The notes below the pieces were generated by a model. It had not been told where the DNA came from. It searched no databases and saw only the letters and a program-made list of their open reading frames with translations. From Myxococcales bacterium (GTDB lineage: Bacteria; Desulfobacterota; Binatia; HRBIN30): a DNA stretch of 11,994 bases. The DNA lies in assembly GCA_037445065.1 (NCBI GenBank), contig JBBILD010000036.1:1-11994 (forward strand). The letters run 5' to 3'. Below are positions 1-7,800 of this stretch, piece by piece; position 1 is the first letter of the stretch, and the number at the start of each line of letters is the position of its first letter. Both the position numbers and the translations under genes were made by a program.

Positions 1-930
1 AACACGTTCACCCGCACACCTACCCGCACGCGCACACCTACCCGCACGCAAACGCCCACTGTCACCAACACACCGACGGAAACTCCAACCCCGTCCCCGA
101 CACCGCTCACCCGGGTCTGCACGTTGCGTCCGAATGCAAGCAATGGCGCGGTGGTGAAGTTGCAAACGACTTCCGGGCTGAATCTGAACCTGTTACTGAG
201 CGGGTTCCAAACCTGGCAGTTCTCGGATCCGAATCCGGTCAACGGTACGCGCACTATCACGATCCCGGCCAGCGGGTCACACTACAACCCGATCAGCTTG
301 TTCGGCATTGCGAAGGTTTGCCCGCGTCCAGGTGGCGACGGAACCGGACTCGTTGACTGTGACGGTGGCGAGTCCAACTACGACGCCACGGCTGTGCAGG
401 ACCATGACACCTCGCAGCCGCCTGGGCCCAACGGCGGGCTGCCTCAGGATCCGGAATGTGACGACACGTTCACCAATCCGGGTGGCCTGATTTCGACCGC
501 TAAGCTTTCAGACCAGTTCCCGCCAGCCTGTATTTCCCCGATTCAAGTGACCTTGAGCGGGAGCTACCCGCCGGGTGGAATGACCCTGACTGAGTCGCTG
601 TTCATCCGCATCTTGAGCGACGTGAACGCCCCCTGCCCGGCCGATGGGACCCCGTTCGATCCGGACGCTGGTGACCTGGCTTTGACGGGCGTGGTTACCA
701 CCGGCGCGGTGAGTGGGACGGTTTACGATGCAGTCAACTCGAGCGGCACGGCTCTGACCCAAACCAACCTCACTGCTTCTGCGACCAACACGCCGTTCAG
801 TTGTACGGACATCCAAAACAACGTCCTCACCAATGGGCGACTGGGTCTGGCACTGCCGTTCGCAGAGATTGTGTTGTCCGGGTTCCCAGTGATGGACGCG
901 GTGGGGACGCTGCACCTCGCATGTCAGTAA
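1..930 (+). CDS. 5'-truncated hypothetical protein, probably secreted: Pro/Thr-rich linker followed by a Cys-containing C-terminal domain
   Basis: Frame +1 is open from base 1 (NTFTRTPTRTRTPTRTQTPTVTNTPTETPTPSPTPLTRVCTLRPN...) to TAA at 928-930, so the track start at 124 is internal. The ~270-aa domain after the linker has 8 Cys, is rich in Gly/Thr/Asp/Pro and ends ...LHLACQ. Family not recognised. Confidence 0.85.
   Translation, partial: NTFTRTPTRTRTPTRTQTPTVTNTPTETPTPSPTPLTRVCTLRPNASNGAVVKLQTTSGLNLNLLLSGFQTWQFSDPNPVNGTRTITIPASGSHYNPISLFGIAKVCPRPGGDGTGLVDCDGGESNYDATAVQDHDTSQPPGPNGGLPQDPECDDTFTNPGGLISTAKLSDQFPPACISPIQVTLSGSYPPGGMTLTESLFIRILSDVNAPCPADGTPFDPDAGDLALTGVVTTGAVSGTVYDAVNSSGTALTQTNLTASATNTPFSCTDIQNNVLTNGRLGLALPFAEIVLSGFPVMDAVGTLHLACQ
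13..48 (+). repeat. Perfect 18-bp tandem repeat, 2 copies (cgcacacctacccgcacg), encoding RTPTRT-RTPTRT
   Basis: Bases 13-30 and 31-48 are identical and in frame with the Pro/Thr linker. Confidence 0.9.
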
Positions 931-953
931 CCCTTGCTTCCTGCGTACCCGGC

Positions 954-998
954 GTATCGAGCGGGAGCCCCCCAGAAGAGGGGAGCTCCCCTCGATAC
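954..998. terminator. Strong intergenic stem-loop (terminator or mRNA-stabilising hairpin)
   Basis: gtatcgag (954-961) pairs with ctcgatac (991-998), gggagc (963-968) with gctccc (985-990), and cccc (969-972) with gggg (980-983). This gives 18 bp, two single-base bulges and a 7-nt loop, 23 nt after the upstream stop. There is no clear U-tract. Confidence 0.5.
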
Positions 999-1041
999 CC
1001 TTAACTACGGAGCGCAAGCTACGCGGGTACGACTGCGGTCG

Positions 1042-2331
1042 TTGCGTCTCTCTACCGGCTGCTTCATTTGGGTCATTGCAGCGCTCAGTGCTTGCCAAAA
1101 CAAGGCATTACAGGAACCCGGCTGCGCAGGCACCGCCTGTACGCCGAGTCGGGCTAGCCCGACCCACCCTCCGTCCGCCACGCGGACCAGTTTGAGCCCA
1201 CCGCCGGTAACCGAGAGCCTAATGTCAACTGCGTCCGTAACGCCCTCGGTTCGGCGCGTCAGTCCTTCACCCACCCGCAGCCACGTTCGCCCCGTTCCCT
1301 CGCGCACCCCCTCAGGGACCGTGCCGCCCCCCACACCGACCCGTCACACCACCCTAGCCCCAACGCGAACACCCTCCGCTTTGCCTACGCGCACAGAGGA
1401 GCGGACACCGACCCCTTCTGAGACTCCCGCTCGGCCATCGCCCGTTGCCGGGCCACCACGCCTGTTCGAGGTCGTTCCTGGGATAGACCTTCGCGTTGCG
1501 CCGGACCTTACCCTACCTGGTGGGGGAGAACTGATGCGCCAGGTGGAATGCATGCCCCCGGGTGCCCAAATCGAGGGAGGCATAGGAGCAATTGCTTGGA
1601 CTCCGAGCGCAGATCAGCTCGGGGCATTCGCGCTCCGCGTGCGCGGTTGTGACCAAGACCTGCCCACCGCTTGCGCCCTGTGGGAAAGTTTCTTTTTGGT
1701 CCGGGCTCCTTCTGATTGCCAAACCCCTAGCTGCATGCCTGACCGAGGATGCACGTTTACGTCCGTCCCCATTTGGCAACCTTGCTGCTCCCAAACACGC
1801 CCCCCGATCCCGGCCTCGGAACCCCTGCTCCCGTGCCCACTCGGAAAACGGCTAATCGTGGGAAGGAATCTCCTCGAAGGGTTTGGAGTGTTGCGCGATT
1901 GTGACCGGTTCCGCGTGATCAACTTCGGCCAAGTTGGAGCAACGGTACGACTCAACTTCGCCGTGCGTTGCCTCGACACGCGTGCACCCCTGACTGTTTC
2001 CGCGCGGATGTCAACAGCCCAACGAGAACTCTTCGAAGCCCCCCAAGTTGTGCTTGCTTTCGAGGAACGTGAAAACGGCTTCGCAGAGCGCTTGGGGGTA
2101 GCTTTTCCTGTCCGCGGTCCGGGACCCTTTTTCGAATTCGAAGACGCTGAGGCTGAGCTGCGCGTCACAGCGACAGACCACACAGGTGAAACGGTGGCCA
2201 CCGACCTGCGGCTCGTTCTGACCTTTGAGGAACTGGCAGACAGTTCCGACCTTCCGTTTACAGAACCTCTATGCGAAGGTACGGACTCCGTAGAATCTGG
2301 TAGTGCGGCCTGCAGACCAGGCACGGACTAA
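1042..2331 (+). CDS. Putative lipoprotein: Pro/Thr/Ser stalk, putative Ig (He_PIG-like) domain, Cys-rich segment and an unknown C-terminal beta-rich domain
   Basis: The ORF is open from 934, but a TTG start at 1042 gives MRLSTGCFIWVIAALSA-C with an LSAC lipobox (Cys at 1093-1095) and leaves the 954-998 hairpin intergenic. A P/T/S/R low-complexity tract spans ~1140-1460. PPGAQIEGGIGAIAWTPSADQLGAFALRVRGCD (~1555-1653) resembles putative Ig domains. The start is uncertain. Confidence 0.75.
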   Translation: MRLSTGCFIWVIAALSACQNKALQEPGCAGTACTPSRASPTHPPSATRTSLSPPPVTESLMSTASVTPSVRRVSPSPTRSHVRPVPSRTPSGTVPPPTPTRHTTLAPTRTPSALPTRTEERTPTPSETPARPSPVAGPPRLFEVVPGIDLRVAPDLTLPGGGELMRQVECMPPGAQIEGGIGAIAWTPSADQLGAFALRVRGCDQDLPTACALWESFFLVRAPSDCQTPSCMPDRGCTFTSVPIWQPCCSQTRPPIPASEPLLPCPLGKRLIVGRNLLEGFGVLRDCDRFRVINFGQVGATVRLNFAVRCLDTRAPLTVSARMSTAQRELFEAPQVVLAFEERENGFAERLGVAFPVRGPGPFFEFEDAEAELRVTATDHTGETVATDLRLVLTFEELADSSDLPFTEPLCEGTDSVESGSAACRPGTD

Positions 2332-2352
2332 GACCGGTGGAGCAAGGTTTCG

Positions 2353-4809
2353 ATGAGAGAGGGCGTGGGAAATAAAGCGGCAGCGGTCGTGTTTGCGGCG
2401 TTACTCTCCGTCGTTGGTGCGAATCAAGGACTCACCTGTACGGGCGATTGCAATTTCGACGGGGCCGTCAGCATCGAGGAGATCGTTCGCGGCGTTTCGA
2501 TTGCTCTCGGACTATCAGAATGGGGTGAATGCGCGGCGCTCGACCGTAACCTCGACAGGGAAGTCACGGTGGATGAATTGACCAGAGCTGTCTCGATTGC
2601 GCTCGCCGCCTGTCCCACACCCGTGGTTGTGACCGTCGCAGGTAACGGACACGCCGGGTACGACGGCGACGGCAAAGAGCCCCTGGCGACTGCCTTTTAC
2701 TTACCCCAGGACATGACCGTCGGGCCGGACCGCCTGGTGTATCTTGTGGACTGGAACAATCACCGGCTGCGTCGCATCCGAGACGGGATCGTGGAGACGA
2801 TCGCTGGGACCGGAGAACTCGGTGACGCAGAAGACGGAGATGCGCTGGATGTTCAGTTCAATCACCCGACGAACGTTGCCTTCGATCACCAAGGACGACT
2901 ACTCATCGCGGCGTGGCATAATTCACTCGTGAAGCGGCTCGACTTCACAACCGGCAGGATCGAGAACGTTGCGGGCACGGGAGCACGCGCATTTGGGGGG
3001 GACGGTGGTCCCGCCAACGACGCTGCGTTGGACCTGCCCAGTTCCGTTGCATGCGACAGCCAGGACAACATCTACATTTCTGACCAAGCCAACTACCGCA
3101 TTCGGAAAGTTGACAGGAACGGCATCATCACGACCGTCGCCGGAAGCTCGACCCCCGGGTACAGCGGCGATGGAGGGCCGGCCTCGGCGGCGCAATTCCG
3201 CGCTCCTCGCGGCCAAGCTGCCCCACCGGCCGGCCGAATCGCCATTGACGCACGAGATCAGATCTACGTCGCGGACACGGGAAACCACGCGATCCGGCTA
3301 ATTGATGCCGAGGGCATCATCCACACCATCGCCGGAACCGGAGAGCCGGGTTACAGCGGCGACGGCGGTCCCGCGACTCAGGCACAGTTGAATACGCCGA
3401 GCGACGTCGCGCTTGGTCCCGACGGTTCTGTGTTCGTTGCCGACACCATGAACAACGTCATCCGGCGCATTCGACCGGACGGAATCATTGAAACTTTTGC
3501 GGGTACGGGCGAGCAGGGTTTCTCCGGAGACGGGGGCCCCGCCACTGCCGCTCGCTTCGACCGCCCGTACGGAGTGGAAGTCGCGCCGAATGGGGTCGTT
3601 TGGGTCGCTGACACACACAACCACCGCTTTCGCGTTGTGGGTGACCTAGAAGCTGGTGCGGTAGTGGTTCCCACGCCCACACCGACGCCAGGAGTGATTC
3701 CGTGCAGCGATGAGCCGGGGACGATTTGCACATACGCCGGCAACGGGGGGATGGGCTACTCCCCGGACGGAACTCACCGCTTACGGGCAACGCTGTATTG
3801 GCCGTTCGACATTGCCTTCCTGCCCAGCGGCCGCAAGGTCTTCCTCGACTGGAACAACCACCAAGTCCGCGAGATCCTGGCCGACGAGACGATCCGCACA
3901 GTTATGGGTACCGATTTTGTGGGCGACGGCCCGGATGACTTATCCGACCTCACCGAGCCAGGAGCACACCCACTTACGGTCGCGCTCAATCATCCCACCG
4001 ACGTGGAAGAGTTTCCGAACGGCGACCTGCTCGTGCAAGCCTGGCACAATCACAAACTGCGTGTGGTCTCGCGCGAGAGCGGATTGGTGCGGGTCTTGGC
4101 TGGGAGAGATCCCGGGTACCGAGGAGACGGCGGCCCCGTGGGCGACGCCCTCCTTAACCAGCCCCCGCACGGAGTGTTCGACGCACAGGGCAATTATTTC
4201 TTTATCGATCAGCGAAACCAGCGGATTCGGGTAATCTACCGGTTTGCAGAACTCAGGGATCAGGCCATCGTGGACACGGTCGTCGGCACCGGTACCCCGG
4301 GATTCAACGGCGACCGTCTTGGAACCGAAACGCAGGTCAACTTCCCCACGGGTCCCAACCCCGAGCCATCCGGCGGAATCACGATTGACCCCAGTGGGAA
4401 CCTGTATTTCGCGGACACGCTCAATCACCGCATCCGGCGGGTGCAATTCTGCAGCTCTGACTTCAAGTGCAGTGTCGTTACTACGATCGCTGGAACAGGC
4501 ATCCCGGGATACAGCGGAGATGGTGGCCCAGCGCTGCAGGCGCCAATTCAGTATCCGCAGGACGTGGAGCTGGGTCCAGACGGCCGGCTCTATTTCGCGG
4601 ACACCAACAACCACGTTGTGCGTGCCATTGACCTCGAGACCGGTATCATCACCACTGTGGCCGGTAACGGGGTGCGCGGGTACTCCGGCGACGGGGGACC
4701 GGCTTTACAAGCACAGCTCAATCGGCCCTTCGGAATCGCTTTCGATGCGAACGGGGATCTGTACGTGGCCGACACGTTCAACGGACGGATTCGCCGTGTG
4801 AAGCGCTGA
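2353..4809 (+). CDS. Secreted protein with a dockerin-like/EF-hand domain and two tandem 6-bladed NHL-repeat beta-propellers
   Basis: 818 aa with a hydrophobic N-terminal signal and a duplicated Ca-loop module at 2437-2613. There are 12 NHL-type repeats (for example TVAGxGxxGYSGDGGPAxxAQLNxPxxxxxDxxGxxYVADTxNHxIRRI) in two blocks, ~2626-3630 and ~3720-4800, separated by a PTPTPTP linker. GGAG lies upstream of the ATG. Confidence 0.9.
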   Translation: MREGVGNKAAAVVFAALLSVVGANQGLTCTGDCNFDGAVSIEEIVRGVSIALGLSEWGECAALDRNLDREVTVDELTRAVSIALAACPTPVVVTVAGNGHAGYDGDGKEPLATAFYLPQDMTVGPDRLVYLVDWNNHRLRRIRDGIVETIAGTGELGDAEDGDALDVQFNHPTNVAFDHQGRLLIAAWHNSLVKRLDFTTGRIENVAGTGARAFGGDGGPANDAALDLPSSVACDSQDNIYISDQANYRIRKVDRNGIITTVAGSSTPGYSGDGGPASAAQFRAPRGQAAPPAGRIAIDARDQIYVADTGNHAIRLIDAEGIIHTIAGTGEPGYSGDGGPATQAQLNTPSDVALGPDGSVFVADTMNNVIRRIRPDGIIETFAGTGEQGFSGDGGPATAARFDRPYGVEVAPNGVVWVADTHNHRFRVVGDLEAGAVVVPTPTPTPGVIPCSDEPGTICTYAGNGGMGYSPDGTHRLRATLYWPFDIAFLPSGRKVFLDWNNHQVREILADETIRTVMGTDFVGDGPDDLSDLTEPGAHPLTVALNHPTDVEEFPNGDLLVQAWHNHKLRVVSRESGLVRVLAGRDPGYRGDGGPVGDALLNQPPHGVFDAQGNYFFIDQRNQRIRVIYRFAELRDQAIVDTVVGTGTPGFNGDRLGTETQVNFPTGPNPEPSGGITIDPSGNLYFADTLNHRIRRVQFCSSDFKCSVVTTIAGTGIPGYSGDGGPALQAPIQYPQDVELGPDGRLYFADTNNHVVRAIDLETGIITTVAGNGVRGYSGDGGPALQAQLNRPFGIAFDANGDLYVADTFNGRIRRVKR
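2437..2613 (+). other. Cys-bracketed dockerin-like domain (59 aa), copy 1
   Basis: CTGDCNFDGAVSIEE...CAALDRNLDREVTVDE...C contains two D-x-N-x-D-x3-S/T-x2-E loops, each followed by an amphipathic helix. Confidence 0.75.
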
Positions 4810-4830
4810 TCGTTCGTGTGCTCGCCCCTC

Positions 4831-7800
4831 ATGCGCCCGGGCCTGGTTTCCAAATTGGTATGGCTTAGCCTTCTTCTCCGCATCGCTCTGGCGACTCCGC
4901 CAGCGTACGCCAGCATTCCTTGCACGGGCGATTGCTCGGGGGACGGCGAGGTTACGGTGGATGAAATTTTGCTTGCGGTTAACGTGGCGCTGAACTTGGT
5001 GCCTTCCACGCAATGCACCGCGGCAGACCGCAACGGGGACGAAGAGGTCACCGTAGACGAGATTCTCGCCGCGGTGAATGCGGCCCTTTTTGGTTGCCCA
5101 ATCGAGCCCATTTTTCCCGCCAACTACGCACAGACCTTTGTGGAAGTGCGTGCCTGCCGCTTCAGCGCCGAACACGAAGGTTATTCGATTCGGGTGCTCA
5201 CGGACCCATCAACGGCTCCCTTGTATCGGGCCAATGCGAACCCGTTGCCGCGGGGCGCAGTCGTCGTGAAGGAGGAGTATCGAAGCCCGACCTGTGCCCC
5301 TGGGACCTTGGTACGATGGAGCGTGACCCGCAAAGAGTCCGCCGGATTCGATCCCCAAGCCGGGGATTGGCACTGGCAACGCGTGGCGAGCGACCGCACG
5401 GTCCTAGAGGATGGTAAGCAAACCTGCATTGGTTGCCACAGTCGCCCGGCTTGCAGCGCGCGCGATTTCATGTGCACGGAACCAGGCGCGCCTTCCGGGC
5501 GCATGCAATTCGTGCTGCGCAGTCTCCCAGCGGCGCTGTTATCGGTAACGGGCACCTCGGCGACCGACGTTTACGCCGTCGGTGCCGACCCAGAGGGGGA
5601 CGACTTCGGCCCGTTTGTCCTGCATTACGACGGCCAGCGCTGGCGCCGCCTGGCTTCCGGGGCCAGCGGAGATCTGTGGTGGATCAGCAACGAACCGATC
5701 GACGGCGCATACTACATGGTGGGCGAGAGGGGTCTCGTACTCCGGTACGACCATGAGCTTCGGCAGTTTACCCGCATCGTGACGCCGGGCAACAAGACGC
5801 TGTTCGGGGTGTGGGGAAGTAGCGCGTCGAACCTCTACGCCGTCGGAGGTGATCCCGATAACGAGACAGGCGGTGGGGTTCTGTGGCACTTCGACGGCGT
5901 AACTTGGACCTCTGTAGACTTGAGCGAAGCACTGCCCGGCGGAGTTCCCACCCTCTTCAAAGTCTGGGGCCGAGCGGCCAACGACGTGTACGTGGTTGGG
6001 CTGGAAGGTGTCGCGCTGCACTACGATGGGGCGCAATGGGCGAGAATTCCCACCGCCGCGCCGCGGCCACTTTTTACCGTCCACGGTGACGCACAGCGAG
6101 TGGTCGCGGTGGGGGGATTCGCGGAAGGAGTGATTTTTGAACTCGAAGGTGGCCGCTTCATTGACAGGGCCATGCCCGGAACCCCGCAGTTGAACGGGGT
6201 CTTCGTCGGGCGTGATTTCAGCGCCGCGGTTGGGGTAGCGGCTTCGCTTGTTCTGGGCGATTCAGGCAACTGGAACCTTGTCGACACCGGACTCAACACC
6301 TCACGCGATTTCCACGCCGTCTGGATTGATCCGGACGGCGGGGTGTGGGCGGTGGGAGGAGATCTGAGCGTCTCCCTCGCGCAAGGAATGATCGCGTACG
6401 GTGGCTCTGCGCCAGTGAGCGGGGATTTTCAGGACCTTTCGCCCTGTCCCCCTCCCGAGGGGACACCCACTTCGTCGCTCACGGTAAGCTTTACCCAGGA
6501 CATTGTGCCTCTGCTCGAGCGTAGGGGCTGCCGCAATCCAGCGTGTCATGGAGGTCCGTTCCCGTCTTCCAATTACGACCTCAAGTCCTATGCGGCGATG
6601 TTCGGTCCCGGCATCCTCGCACGTGCTCTAGGAACCTGCGACATCGTACCAGGAAGCCCCGACCGCAGTTTTTTACTGGAAAAACTCAGCTCCTCGCCGC
6701 GACTCGGCCAACCCATGCCGCTCGGCCAGGCTCCGTTGTCGCCCGCGGAGGTGGAGTTGATCCGCACTTGGATTCTCGAGGGTGCATACAGCGACGAACC
6801 AGCCTCGAGTCCGACGCCCTCCCCCAGCGAGAGTCCAGAGCCGACCGCAACGCCCTCGCATGCACGGTCGTGCGATCTACCGGGAACCATTTGCACGGTG
6901 GTCGGTACCGGCAGGGCGATCTTCGACGGGGACGGCCGCCCCGGCCCTGAGACCTCGGTTTACTACCCGTGGGCAATCAGCTTCGACGCAAGCCAAGAGC
7001 CCTTGATCTTGGACGCCAACAATCTGCGCCTGCGGCGACTCGCCTTCGGAGGCGTGGTGGAAACCGTGATGGGAACGGGAAACGAAGACTACCCCGTGGA
7101 AGGGGCATTGGCCAACGAAACTCCGCTTCACCATGCGAGCGACATCAAGGTCGATGGCTCGGGCCGATGGCTTCTCGCCGGCAACCACGTTCCGCTGGTT
7201 TACGCGGTGGACCCCGACGGGCGAGTCCGAATCCTCGCCGGCCGGGAGGAAGTTGGGAACGACGGCGATGGAGGGCCAGCGCGGCAGGCCCGTTTCACCA
7301 CGCCCTTTGGGGTTTGGCCCGACCCCAACGGCGGCGTCTACATTGCTGATTTGGACGCACACGTGATCCGGTACGTGGCCCCGAGTGGAATCGTCTCGAC
7401 CGTCGCGGGAACAGGAGTGCCAGGATACTCAGGGGACGGAGGACCCGCGACCCTGGCACGTCTCAATGGACCGGCGCGGCTAGCCCAGGATGAGTCCGGC
7501 AATCTGTACTTCGTGGAAACCAAGAACCACGTTCTTCGTCGCGTGAGGCCCGACGGCACGATCGAAACCGTCGCCGGTACAGGCCGGCGTGGCTACAGCG
7601 GAGACGGCGGGCCAGCCCGGCTTGCGCAGTTCGATTCTCCGTACGACCTCGTCATCGCTCCGACTGGCGACATCTTGGTCGTCGACACTGGAAACAGCGT
7701 TGTTCGCCGCGTGGGCCGCAACGGGATCGTCACCACCCTGGTCGGTTCCGGAGACCCGGGCTTTTCGGGAGACGGAAGCGATCCCCGCACTTGTTCTCTC

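Noticed and set aside
4807..4860. TGA at 4807 as a selenocysteine codon
   Set aside because: It falls at the natural end of the last NHL blade and is followed by a signal peptide. I see no convincing SECIS-like hairpin.
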